DNA from: Gammaproteobacteria bacterium
GTDB lineage: Bacteria > Pseudomonadota > Gammaproteobacteria > Magnimaribacterales > D2472
Assembly: GCA_038108875.1 (NCBI GenBank)
Contig: JAYNII010000001.1
Span: 101,450 to 165,003, forward strand
Direction: 5' to 3'
DNA length: 63,554 nt
Shown here one piece after another: positions 28,075 through 37,629 of the stretch. The notes under the pieces were generated by a model. That model was not told the DNA's origin, ran no database searches, and saw only the letters and a program-made list of their open reading frames with translations. Within the stretch, counting starts at the first letter, position 1; the number at the start of each line of letters is the position of its first letter. A program made the translations under genes and the position numbers.

Positions 28075-28395
28075 ATGGATGGCAATGAAATTCAATTAAA
28101 AATTAAAGATCAAATTAAAGATAACAAGATTTTGATTTATATGAAGGGTTCTCCTTACGCACCACAATGTGGATTTTCTGCAAGAACCGTCCAAGCTCTT
28201 ATCGAATGTGAAGCAGAGTTTTCTTATGTAGACGTTTTATCTAATCCAGACGTTAGACAATATTTACCTAAGGTAAGTGATTGGCCAACTTTTCCACAAT
28301 TATTTATTGCTGGGGAATTAATAGGGGGTTGTGATATTGTCACTCAGTTACATGCTAATGGTGAGCTAAAAAAGTTAATTGATTCTTCTATTTAA
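28075..28395 (+). CDS. grxD: Monothiol glutaredoxin Grx4
   Basis: PQCGFS, WPTFPQL and GGCDI motifs. Confidence 0.95.
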   Translation: MDGNEIQLKIKDQIKDNKILIYMKGSPYAPQCGFSARTVQALIECEAEFSYVDVLSNPDVRQYLPKVSDWPTFPQLFIAGELIGGCDIVTQLHANGELKKLIDSSI

Positions 28396-28856
28396 ACTTG
28401 GTTTTGTAAGTAGTTTTGTTCGCCAAGTTTTTGGTATAGATTAATATTAGTTTCTAGCCAATCCACATGGTCTTCTTCGCTATCTAAAATTTTTTGAAGC
28501 AAATCTCTGCTTATAAAATCTTTGATTGACTCACAATACAGGATAGCTTCCCTTAAGTCAGGGATTGCTTTGTTTTCAAGTTTTAAATCATTTTCAAGCA
28601 TTTCCAGAACACTCTCACCTATATTTAATGATCCTAATTTTTGTAAATTGGGAAGTCCTTCCAAAAATAGGATTCGTTGAATTAATTCATCAGCGTGTTT
28701 CATTTCATCAATGGATTCATGATATTCATAATCGCTAAGCTTGCTAAAGCCCCAGTCTTTTAGCATTCTTGAATGAAGAAAATACTGGTTTATGGCTACC
28801 AGTTCATTGCCAAGTATTGTATTTAAATGAGCTAGTACTTGTTTATCTCCTTTCAT
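28392..28856 (-). CDS. bfr: Bacterioferritin
   Basis: MKGD...[21 protein letters not shown] (heme Met) and EEDHVDWLE motifs. Confidence 0.97.
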   Translation of the reverse strand: MKGDKQVLAHLNTILGNELVAINQYFLHSRMLKDWGFSKLSDYEYHESIDEMKHADELIQRILFLEGLPNLQKLGSLNIGESVLEMLENDLKLENKAIPDLREAILYCESIKDFISRDLLQKILDSEEDHVDWLETNINLYQKLGEQNYLQNQV

Positions 28857-28925
28857 ATTTAATTCCTTAAAAAACCAATTTTAGCATTGATTATTTTATT
28901 GTAAAGTATTGATATTAAGTACTTT

Positions 28926-28944
28926 TTAAATGATTATCATTATC
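28926..28944. promoter_or_regulatory. Fur box between bfr and the MBL hydrolase gene
   Basis: Minus strand GATAATGATAATCATTTAA, 16/19 match to GATAATGATAATCATTATC; a weaker second site at ~28950-28968. Confidence 0.75.
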
Positions 28945-28982
28945 ATATTGGTAATGCTTCTCATTTATGTAAAGATAGCCAA

Positions 28983-29711
28983 ATGCAAATAATTAAGGCA
29001 GATGATTATCAAGGTTGGTTGTATATAACAAAAGGTGAGTACATAGCAGTAGACCCTTGGTTAACGGAATATCAAAAATTTCCAAAGAATGGTTTGTTAC
29101 TTAATCGAAAATCTGAACATCAACATTTCTTAAATACCCACAACAATACCCAAAAAGTTACTCATTTAATAATTACTGCCCACTTTTCGGATCATCTTGA
29201 TCCAGATTCATTGAGTAGGTTAAATAAAAATACCCCAATCTATACAACCCAATTAGCAAAAAAAATTCTTGTAAAATTAGGTTTTGACAATGTTACTGTG
29301 GTAAAACCTAATTGTAACTATAAGCTTGGTCAATCAAACTTACATGTAATGCAATCTGGTAAACCTTATCAATCAACAAGTTTTGCATATGTCTTAGAAA
29401 ATAATCTTTCAACTATTTTTCATGAAGCGCATATCTTCAACCCAGCTTTATCTCAAAAATTAAAAGAATTTAAGTTAGATTTACTAATTCTTACTGGTGA
29501 TCTTGTTAAAGTTTTTGGATTAATAAAAGTTTCAATGCATATAACTGATGCAATGAAGATTCAGAAAACGGTTTTAGCTAAATACCTCGCAGTAACAGGT
29601 AATTCTCCAGAAAAATTTAGAGGTTTAATACCAAAGTTTCTCAAATACCAAAAGCTTAGCGAGGAGACCAATTTAATTCTAAGACGACCTTGGCAGTCAT
29701 TAAATATATAG
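28983..29711 (+). CDS. Metallo-beta-lactamase-fold protein
   Basis: VDPWL and TAHFSDHL (variant HxHxDH) motifs. Confidence 0.7.
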   Translation: MQIIKADDYQGWLYITKGEYIAVDPWLTEYQKFPKNGLLLNRKSEHQHFLNTHNNTQKVTHLIITAHFSDHLDPDSLSRLNKNTPIYTTQLAKKILVKLGFDNVTVVKPNCNYKLGQSNLHVMQSGKPYQSTSFAYVLENNLSTIFHEAHIFNPALSQKLKEFKLDLLILTGDLVKVFGLIKVSMHITDAMKIQKTVLAKYLAVTGNSPEKFRGLIPKFLKYQKLSEETNLILRRPWQSLNI

Positions 29712-29721
29712 TGCAGGTACC

Positions 29722-29916
29722 CTAAACAAGGGCAGTCATTAATAAAGGTTTGTTATTAACCTCAAAGAAGTTTTGATATTCTTTCAGGGCAATTAGGCAA
29801 GACCCACACTCTTGAGTTATATCTGTTTCTTTAATTATCTCATCCAAAGTGTAGCCTTTGTGAAAATAGCTTTCTAAGGTTTTTGAGTTTATATTTTGAC
29901 AACTGCAAATTATCAT
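29722..29916 (-). CDS. bfd: Bacterioferritin-associated ferredoxin
   Basis: MIICSC...CGSC [2Fe-2S] motif; near bfr; Fur box upstream. Confidence 0.9.
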   Translation of the reverse strand: MIICSCQNINSKTLESYFHKGYTLDEIIKETDITQECGSCLIALKEYQNFFEVNNKPLLMTALV

Positions 29917-29931
29917 CAAATAATTTTAAAT

Positions 29932-29950
29932 GAGAATGAGAATCATTGTC
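29932..29950. promoter_or_regulatory. Fur box upstream of bfd
   Basis: GAGAATGAGAATCATTGTC, 16/19 match to the Fur consensus, 15 nt upstream of the bfd ATG. Confidence 0.8.
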
Positions 29951-30539
29951 AATTGGAATCAATTTTATTCATAATTAGACAAAAGATTTGAGCAGTAATT
30001 TCCGCATCGTAAGATGCTGAATGAGCTAAAGCGTTATCGTATGGAATATTCAATTCCTTAGCAATGCGTGCAAGAACAGTTTGACCGGTAAAGGCAGCAC
30101 CAAGACTAACTGTATCGATTACTGAAAATGGATGGAAGGGAGAATTACTAATCTGATATCTACTCAGATTAGCTTGCAGAAAAGATAAATCAAAATGTGC
30201 ATTATGACCTACTAAGATTGCCCTAGAACATTCATTATCACTTTTCTTTTTGTTCACAATTTTAACGATATTTTTAAGAGCCTGATCAGTTGGTATGGCA
30301 TTTCTGAGGGGGTGATTTAAGTCTATTTTAGTAAATTCTAGAGCTTCTTTGTTTAGTAAAAGATCGTTAGGTGGCTCTAAATGGTATCTAATAGATTCTC
30401 CGAGGACAAAGCGATTGTCTTTAATATCTATGAAATTTAATGCTATTTCTAAAATAGGGTTAAGAATGGGATCAAACCCGCCCGTTTCAAGATCTACCAC
30501 GACCGGTAAATATTTTCTGAATCTATTTTTAAGCAACAT
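29949..30539 (-). CDS. rnt: Ribonuclease T
   Basis: RFRKYLPVVVDLETGGF, LVGHNAHFD, PFHPFS, GQTVLA and AHSASYD motifs. Confidence 0.95.
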   Translation of the reverse strand: MLLKNRFRKYLPVVVDLETGGFDPILNPILEIALNFIDIKDNRFVLGESIRYHLEPPNDLLLNKEALEFTKIDLNHPLRNAIPTDQALKNIVKIVNKKKSDNECSRAILVGHNAHFDLSFLQANLSRYQISNSPFHPFSVIDTVSLGAAFTGQTVLARIAKELNIPYDNALAHSASYDAEITAQIFCLIMNKIDSN

Positions 30540-30578
30540 TTTTATTGCACTATAATACGCTTCAAAAAGAAGAAAACG

Positions 30579-31601
30579 ATGATTTTTGAAGAAATATCAA
30601 ACAAACAGATTAATGGTACAGCTGTAAAAAATCATCCAGAATTTAATCATGAAAAAGTCTTCTATTATGAAGATTTAAGTCTCAATCTAAAATCAATAGT
30701 GGCAATTCACTCTACTAAAGCTGGGCCTGCAATGGGTGGATGTAGATTTAAGACTTATGATAATTTTTCAGATGGATTAAATGACGTGTTAAGACTTTCA
30801 AGAGGTATGACTGAAAAAAATATTGCTGCCAATGTTCCCTTTGGTGGAGGAAAAGCAATTATTTTTGCAAATAATGTCAAAAAGACACCAGATTTGTTTA
30901 AGTCATTTGGAAATTTTTTAAACCTGATAAAAGGAGAATATATATCTGCAGAGGATATTGGAATAACACTAGAAGATATTCAATTAGTGAGTCAATTTAC
31001 TCCTCATGTATTTAGTAATGTAGATCCGTCTCCGTATACTGCTAAGGGTATTTTTTATTCCATTGAACATGTTCTTAATCTATTTAATAGATCTTTAGAC
31101 AAATCTTCTATTGCTATTCAGGGTGCAGGCAATGTTGGGTTGAAATTAGCAAAACTATTACTCGATCAAGGTTCTAGAGTTATTGTTGCTGACACAGATT
31201 CTAATAAGCTGGTTCAAGCTCAAAAATTGGGTTGCCAAGTCTCAGAGGATATTTTTTTAGAAAGAGTCGATGTATTTTCACCTTGCGCGATTGGAGGAAT
31301 ATTAAATAAAACGAATATCTCTAAACTTGTTACTAATTTCATAATTGGTGGTGCAAACAATCAACTCTTAAATCCTGAAATGGATAAGCTTATTTCTGCA
31401 AAAAATATAATCTATATTCCTGATGCCATGATAAATGCTGGTGGAGTTATTGGCCTAACGAAAGACGTTCTTAAGAGAGATGAAGATGCAATTGACATCG
31501 AGTTACGTGAAATAGCTATAAGGGTAGGCGCTTTACTAAAACGCTCTGCTGATGCGGGGAAAACTCCTTACGAAATTTTTGTAAGTGAAATTATTAGCTA
31601 A
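30579..31601 (+). CDS. Leu/Phe/Val dehydrogenase
   Basis: GPAMGGCR, LSRGMT.K, GGGKA, AEDIG, QGAGNVG and GGANNQL motifs. Confidence 0.9.
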   Translation: MIFEEISNKQINGTAVKNHPEFNHEKVFYYEDLSLNLKSIVAIHSTKAGPAMGGCRFKTYDNFSDGLNDVLRLSRGMTEKNIAANVPFGGGKAIIFANNVKKTPDLFKSFGNFLNLIKGEYISAEDIGITLEDIQLVSQFTPHVFSNVDPSPYTAKGIFYSIEHVLNLFNRSLDKSSIAIQGAGNVGLKLAKLLLDQGSRVIVADTDSNKLVQAQKLGCQVSEDIFLERVDVFSPCAIGGILNKTNISKLVTNFIIGGANNQLLNPEMDKLISAKNIIYIPDAMINAGGVIGLTKDVLKRDEDAIDIELREIAIRVGALLKRSADAGKTPYEIFVSEIIS

Positions 31602-32218
31602 TCTTTTTTATTGAGTAGTCTTTCTCTAATTAATTTTAAATTATCTTCTTTGCTAATATTTCTTTTTTTAATTTTGTTATTTATCTCTTGTGCAATCTCA
31701 ATATTTTTTTCATTTGAGTGTTTGATTTTAATTCTGGCTTTCTGACTAATTTCTTCCCGTATTTCATAAAGTTCAGATGATATTTTTTTAGCTTTTTGGA
31801 TTTGATCTTCCGTTACTCCTAGTAGTTCTATGCAATCTACAGGACAAGGAGGAATGCATAATTCGCATCCAGTGCAATAATCTTGAATAACACTATGCAT
31901 TAAATTTGGTGCTCCATGAATGGCGTTTACTGGACAGACTTCAATACATTTTTTGCAACCTATACACTCTTCTTCAATTATATGTGCAACTTGGTTTGGT
32001 ATGGCTGGTCCAAAATCATGATCTAAGGATAGCTTTTTATCTGGCTTAATAAGGTCAATTATTTTTATGAGAGTTTCGTCGCCACCAGGAACGCATCTGT
32101 TGTATGGTTTTCCTGATGCGATTTCTATTGCATAGTCTCTACATCCTGGTGTATCACATCTTCCGCATTGATATTGAGGAAGCAACTGTTCAATTTTCTT
32201 TGAAAGTTCTTTGCTTAT
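31598..32218 (-). CDS. rnfB: Stand-alone RnfB/RsxB-like iron-sulfur protein (probable AUA start at 32218; first TTG at 32185)
   Basis: IEQLLPQYQCGRCDTPGC..YA..CVPGG domain plus two 4Fe-4S motifs (CIGCKKC..CP, CTGCELC..CP); no N-terminal TM helix. Confidence 0.8.
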   Translation of the reverse strand: MSKELSKKIEQLLPQYQCGRCDTPGCRDYAIEIASGKPYNRCVPGGDETLIKIIDLIKPDKKLSLDHDFGPAIPNQVAHIIEEECIGCKKCIEVCPVNAIHGAPNLMHSVIQDYCTGCELCIPPCPVDCIELLGVTEDQIQKAKKISSELYEIREEISQKARIKIKHSNEKNIEIAQEINNKIKKRNISKEDNLKLIRERLLNKKD

Positions 32219-33255
32219 TCTGATACTCCAAGCTTTCTTTGTAATTTTGTGTTTGATGTTGTGTAACCAAATGGCACTCTTTCACCAGGATTGATTCGTC
32301 TATAGGCTTCTTGAACAGCAAGAGTTGTTTCATGAAATCCACATAAAATAAGATCAAGTTTTCCAGGGTAATGATTAATATCACCTACTGCAAAAATACC
32401 ATTTTTATTTGTTTGAAAATTTTCAGTATTCACAAGAATTTTTTTCTCATGCAATGCTAATTCCCACTCCAGTATCGGTCCTAATTTTTTGTTTAACCCA
32501 AATAGAAATAAGAGTTCGTCTGCTTTAAATTCTAGTATTTCTTTGGTATCAAAGTTCTTAAGAGTAACACCTGTGACAGTTTCAGTTCCTAATATTGATT
32601 CAATTTGAAAGGGGGTTAATAAATCAATCTGTCCTTTAACAACAAGTTCACGCATTTGTATCTCAGTGTGTTGCGCACCTCTAAAGGCGTCCCTTCTATG
32701 GACTAAATAAATCTTTCTTGCAACGGAAGCTAATTCTACTGACCAATCGAGCGCTGAATCTCCACCCCCAAAGATGAAAACATTTTTATCTTTATAAATA
32801 GATTTATCTTTGACAGCATAAGTCACACCCTTATTAAGGAATTTATCAGGATTTTCTATGTTTGGAGGTCTTCGTGGTTCGAAAGATCCTGCTCCGGCAG
32901 CTATGAATATATTTTTAGTTTTAAATTCAGTCCCTTCATGAGTTTTTAAATACCATGAGGAAATTTTATCTTTAGATGATATTTCTTCTATAGTGTCTAT
33001 TCGCTCGGAAAGGGTAAGACCATATTCAAAAGGTTTAATTTGCTCAAGTAGGGCATCAATATGGTCTTGAGCAGTTTGAAACGGTACTCCAGGAATGTCG
33101 TAGATAGGTTTTTCTGGGTACAACTCTGTGCATTGGCCTCCAACTCTGTCCAGATTGTCAATTAGATGACAATTTAGACCAAGAAGGCCTGCTTCAAAAA
33201 CTGTAAACAGGCCAACCGGTCCTGCTCCAATAACCACTATGTCTTTTTCAATCAT
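32215..33255 (-). CDS. TrxB-type ferredoxin/flavodoxin-NADP+ reductase
   Basis: GAGPVG, GGQC.ELYPEKPIYDIPG, GGGDSALDW, HRR and YPGKL motifs; lacks CxxC. Confidence 0.9.
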   Translation of the reverse strand: MIEKDIVVIGAGPVGLFTVFEAGLLGLNCHLIDNLDRVGGQCTELYPEKPIYDIPGVPFQTAQDHIDALLEQIKPFEYGLTLSERIDTIEEISSKDKISSWYLKTHEGTEFKTKNIFIAAGAGSFEPRRPPNIENPDKFLNKGVTYAVKDKSIYKDKNVFIFGGGDSALDWSVELASVARKIYLVHRRDAFRGAQHTEIQMRELVVKGQIDLLTPFQIESILGTETVTGVTLKNFDTKEILEFKADELLFLFGLNKKLGPILEWELALHEKKILVNTENFQTNKNGIFAVGDINHYPGKLDLILCGFHETTLAVQEAYRRINPGERVPFGYTTSNTKLQRKLGVSE

Positions 33256-35213
33256 TATTTAACTTTTTGACCTGGTTTGGCTCCAATATCTGGCGAAATT
33301 ATGAATATTCCTCCATCATCACCGCTTGCTGCCAATACCATGCCCTCAGACACCCCAAATCTCATTTTTCTAGGTGCCAAATTAAACACTAAGACAACGA
33401 GCTTATCAATAAGAGACTCTGGGGCATACCTAGACTTAATTCCTGCAAACACAGTTTTTTTACCTAGTTCACCAACATCTAAGGTTAATTTTATCAACTT
33501 GTCAGCATCTACTATTTCAGTTGCCTCAATTACCCTTGCAACTCTTAGATCAATTTTTAAAAAATCATCTATAGTTGAATAAGTTAATTCATTCTGTTTA
33601 GTTATATCATTCATTATTTTAAATCCTTGGTCATCAATTCTTGACATAAGCGGTTCATAATTTACTAAATTAAGCTGAAAAACTTTAGCTTTGAAATCTG
33701 CATAATCAAACTTTCCAACAATTTTAAAGATTCTGCTTGTAAGTTTTGGCATCACAGGCATTATTGCCAGAGATAAATTTTTGAAAGCATTTATAGCTGT
33801 TAAAGCTATAGAGGCAGCGATATCTTCATCATTTTTCCATGGCTCTTTAATATTAATATAGGAATTGACTTCATCTGAAAGTTCCATAATAAGTTTTATT
33901 GCTTTAGAGAATTCTTTAGCTTCATATAGAGAGCTTATCTTATCAAGCTTGGTTAATTGAGTTTCTAAAAAGGCATCATCAATGGGTATTTTTTTTAAAT
34001 CTAATTTTTGATTCCTGATGAACGGAATTGATCTGGATAAAATATTTAAGAATTTTCCCACTACATCAGTGTTAATTTTTTGAGCAAACTCCTGGGTATC
34101 AAAATTGATATCCTCTATCTTGTTGTTGAGTTTTGATGCAAAAAAATATCTTAATAGTTCAGGATCATATTTGTCTGCAAAATCGTCAGCTGTTATGAAT
34201 GTCCCTTTTGACTTAGACATTTTTTCACCATTTACAGATAGAAACCCATGAACATGAATATGGGAGGGTAATAGAAGCGGAGATTGATTGAGCAATGCTG
34301 GCCAGAAGAGACCATGAAAATAGATAATATCTTTGCCAATAAAGTGATGAAGTTCACTGTTCGCATTTTTGCTACACAATTCTTCAAAATTGTAAGTGTT
34401 TGTTTTAGACCAGTGTTTTATGCTGGCAAAATAACCTATTGGGGCATCGACCCACACATAGAAAAATTTATTGTTTTCACCGGGTATTTCGAAACCAAAA
34501 TAGGGTGCATCTCTTGAGATATTCCAACTCTGAATGTCACCTTCTACCCATTCTTTAAGTTTGTTTTTTACTGCCTCTTGGAACGTACATGTGTTTAGAA
34601 AGTTAGCAAGAAAATTTTTAGAGGCTCTAAGATCAAAAAATATCTGTTCCGTATCTTTTAAGACCGGTTTTGAGTCAGTATATTTAGAAACAGGATTAAT
34701 TAAATCTGTTGGTGAATAGGTTGCGCCACAAACTTCACAGTTATCACCTTGTTGGTTAGCGGCTTCGCATTTAGGGCAGGTTCCTGATATAAAACGATCA
34801 GCAAGAAACATCTTTTTTGTTTCGTCATAAAATTGTTGTATGGTCGACTTATAAATTAATCCTGCTTCTTTAGCATCCCTATATATTTGATTACATAAGT
34901 CTTGGTTTTCCTCTGAATGGGTTGAGTAGTAATTATCATAGGAAATATTAAATTTATTAAAGGAAGCGATATGATTGAGTTTATCTTCTTTAATAAGGTC
35001 TTCTGGAGATTTATTTTCTTTCTCAGCTCTAATCATTGTTGCTGTACCGTGCGTATCATCTGCACAGAAGAAATAAATAGCTTTACCTTGTAATCTTAAA
35101 TTTCTTACCCAAATATCAGCTTGAATATGCTCTAACATGTGTCCAATGTGAATCGGTCCATTTGTATAGGGGAGCGCACATGTAACAAGGATATTTTTAG
35201 ATGGTGTCTTCAA
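33255..35213 (-). CDS. metG: Methionyl-tRNA synthetase with C-terminal tRNA-binding domain
   Basis: HIGH and KMSKS motifs, Zn knuckles CPKC/CEVC; start taken as TTG 35213 (ORF track extends to GTG 35255). Confidence 0.95.
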   Translation of the reverse strand: MKTPSKNILVTCALPYTNGPIHIGHMLEHIQADIWVRNLRLQGKAIYFFCADDTHGTATMIRAEKENKSPEDLIKEDKLNHIASFNKFNISYDNYYSTHSEENQDLCNQIYRDAKEAGLIYKSTIQQFYDETKKMFLADRFISGTCPKCEAANQQGDNCEVCGATYSPTDLINPVSKYTDSKPVLKDTEQIFFDLRASKNFLANFLNTCTFQEAVKNKLKEWVEGDIQSWNISRDAPYFGFEIPGENNKFFYVWVDAPIGYFASIKHWSKTNTYNFEELCSKNANSELHHFIGKDIIYFHGLFWPALLNQSPLLLPSHIHVHGFLSVNGEKMSKSKGTFITADDFADKYDPELLRYFFASKLNNKIEDINFDTQEFAQKINTDVVGKFLNILSRSIPFIRNQKLDLKKIPIDDAFLETQLTKLDKISSLYEAKEFSKAIKLIMELSDEVNSYINIKEPWKNDEDIAASIALTAINAFKNLSLAIMPVMPKLTSRIFKIVGKFDYADFKAKVFQLNLVNYEPLMSRIDDQGFKIMNDITKQNELTYSTIDDFLKIDLRVARVIEATEIVDADKLIKLTLDVGELGKKTVFAGIKSRYAPESLIDKLVVLVFNLAPRKMRFGVSEGMVLAASGDDGGIFIISPDIGAKPGQKVK

Positions 35214-35260
35214 TTTTTTTACTCTAGAGAATGCTATTATATGGAATTTCTTCACGCATA

Positions 35261-35977
35261 ATGAATATTAAACATATTTTAGCGATTGGGTCAGCAAAAG
35301 GTGGTGTTGGTAAGTCTACTATTTGTGCAAACTTAGCTCTTGCGATGTCTGATAATTATCGGGTTGGTATCCTTGATGCAGATATATATGGTCCAAGCCA
35401 ACATCTATTATTTCAAACGGAATCGTCTAAACCTGAAATCATTGAGCGTGAAGGTAAGAAAAGACTCAAGCCCATATCAGCTCAAGGAATTGTATTAAAT
35501 TCAATGGGATTTGTGATGTCATCAGAGGAAGCAGTAATTTGGAGAGGTCCCATGTTAAGCAATGCCCTCAAGCAGTTGATTGAAGCTACGGATTGGGGTG
35601 ATTTAGATATTCTAATCGTAGATATGCCTCCAGGCACGGGCGATCCATATTTAACTATTGCCAAAGAGATTAAACCCACTGCATCGATTCTTGTTACTAC
35701 AAATCACATTCTTTCTTTGAGCGATACTGAAAAGTCTAAGATAGCTCTTCAAAAATTAGGTATTCCAATTATTGGCTACATAAATAATATGTCTGCTGAA
35801 ACTTGTCCTCATTGCAACGAACTTTTACATTCAAGTCATCCCATAAGTGATAAATTCTTAAAGGGAATACCTTGCATTGGTTCAATTATTAGACACAGTG
35901 CATTACAATTAGCACCATCAATTGATTCTGCAAAATTCTTTGAAGAAATTAAAGCTAATGTTGTTAAATATTTATAG
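35261..35977 (+). CDS. apbC: Mrp/ApbC Fe-S cluster carrier ATPase (short form)
   Basis: [28 protein letters not shown] and CPHC motifs; divergent from metG. Confidence 0.9.
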   Translation: MNIKHILAIGSAKGGVGKSTICANLALAMSDNYRVGILDADIYGPSQHLLFQTESSKPEIIEREGKKRLKPISAQGIVLNSMGFVMSSEEAVIWRGPMLSNALKQLIEATDWGDLDILIVDMPPGTGDPYLTIAKEIKPTASILVTTNHILSLSDTEKSKIALQKLGIPIIGYINNMSAETCPHCNELLHSSHPISDKFLKGIPCIGSIIRHSALQLAPSIDSAKFFEEIKANVVKYL

Positions 35978-36686
35978 AAAAATTTTTACAGTTTTATTGT
36001 TTCTAGTTTTTTTACCACTTGAGGCTAATAATGATCCATTTGAAGAAATTAATAGAACCATTTGGAAAATCAATGAAACTTTAGACGATAACTTTGCTAA
36101 GCCCATTGCAGAAGTATACGAGACGGTTACGCCAACCTTTGTTCAATCAGGCATCACCAATTTTTTTAAAAACATAAATGAAGTTGATAATACTATAAAC
36201 CAACTTCTTCAAGGGAAACCCGCTTTAGCCATAAATGACTTTACCAGGTTTGTCATTAATTCAACCATAGGATTAGCAGGTTTTATAGATGTAGCTTCAT
36301 CTATAGGACTTGAGAGGCATAGGGAAGATTTCGGGCAAACACTCGCTGTTTGGGGTTTTTCTCAGGGACCATATTTAATGCTGCCAATATTGGGGCCAAG
36401 CACCCCAAGAGACTTAATGAGTCGCCCCATAACTTCATTCTTATCGGGAACTTTTGCAATAGAAGATACAGAAGTGCGTTTAGGGTTAACTGCGTTAGAT
36501 GCTTTAGAAACTAGAGCGAGGTTATTACACGTAGAAACATTGATAATTGGCGACAAGTACTCATTTGTAAGAGACTCCTATCTTCAAGCTTCTGAATTTG
36601 AAGCAAAAGACGGATTACTAGAAGGAGATGATTTTCTTGATGATATGGATGAATTTTTTATTGATGATCTTGAGATTGCTCCTTGA
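35958..36686 (+). CDS. mlaA: MlaA/VacJ phospholipid-asymmetry protein
   Basis: DPFE.INR, NSTIG.AG.ID, EDFGQTL and GPYLMLP.LGPST motifs. Confidence 0.9.
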   Translation: MLLNIYRKIFTVLLFLVFLPLEANNDPFEEINRTIWKINETLDDNFAKPIAEVYETVTPTFVQSGITNFFKNINEVDNTINQLLQGKPALAINDFTRFVINSTIGLAGFIDVASSIGLERHREDFGQTLAVWGFSQGPYLMLPILGPSTPRDLMSRPITSFLSGTFAIEDTEVRLGLTALDALETRARLLHVETLIIGDKYSFVRDSYLQASEFEAKDGLLEGDDFLDDMDEFFIDDLEIAP

Positions 36687-37629
36687 GAAAGTCTCTAATA
36701 GGCAAGCTAGATAGACTTTGCATTGATTCATTAACTATTGCGCGAAAAGTCCTTGCATTGTGTTCTGATTTATAAATTCCAAAGATATGTTTGAGCATTA
36801 TTTTATATTCGCTAGCATTTCTTTTGCTGCTGTCTAGATAATCTAAGTACCAAAGTAATAACTCGTTTCTTAGCAAATTGCTTGCAATATCTCCAAAAAT
36901 TTTTTCATCTACGGACTTTAAAAACATGGGATTATCGTATGCTTCTCTTCCAACCATTACTCCATCTACATAATTGAGATGAAGAATGCATTCATCAATA
37001 GTGGTAATACCTCCGTTTAAAATGATATTTAATTTTGGAAATTCATTCTTTAGTTTATATACATAATGATATTTAAGAGGAGGGATAGTTCTGTTCTGCC
37101 TTGGGCTTAATCCACTCAAGATTGCATTTCTAGCATGAATAATAAAAGTATCTATACCGGCGTTCGATATTTCTTCGACAAAGTTTGCTATAAACTCATA
37201 ACTTTCTTCTTTATCAATACCAATTCTGCATTTGATTGTTAAAGGCGTCTTAGTAACACTTTGAATTGCAGCTATGCATTTTTTTACTAGATTAATCTCA
37301 AGCATCAGGGCGGCACCAAATGAGCCTTTTTGAACTCTTTCAGAAGGACAACCTAGATTTAGATTTATTTCGTCGTATCCATATTGGTCACATAATATTG
37401 CGGCTTTAGAAAGCAACTCTGGTTCAGAACCGCCTAGCTGAATTGCTACTGGATGTTCTTCGCTTCCAAACTCTAGTTTGTGGGTTAGGTTGCCATGAAT
37501 TAAAGCATTTACCGCAATCATCTCAGTATAAAGCAAAGCATTTTTAGTGATTCTTCGATGCAATCTCCTGTTGTGCGTATCTGTGCATTGCATCATAGGT
37601 GCAATGCAAAACTTATGATTGAGGGACAT
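36658..37629 (-). CDS. dusA: tRNA dihydrouridine synthase A
   Basis: APMM, QLGGS, EINLNLGCPS.RVQ.G.FGA, HARNAILSGLSP and PPLKY motifs. Confidence 0.93.
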   Translation of the reverse strand: MSLNHKFCIAPMMQCTDTHNRRLHRRITKNALLYTEMIAVNALIHGNLTHKLEFGSEEHPVAIQLGGSEPELLSKAAILCDQYGYDEINLNLGCPSERVQKGSFGAALMLEINLVKKCIAAIQSVTKTPLTIKCRIGIDKEESYEFIANFVEEISNAGIDTFIIHARNAILSGLSPRQNRTIPPLKYHYVYKLKNEFPKLNIILNGGITTIDECILHLNYVDGVMVGREAYDNPMFLKSVDEKIFGDIASNLLRNELLLWYLDYLDSSKRNASEYKIMLKHIFGIYKSEHNARTFRAIVNESMQSLSSLPIRDFLKEQSQDHQ

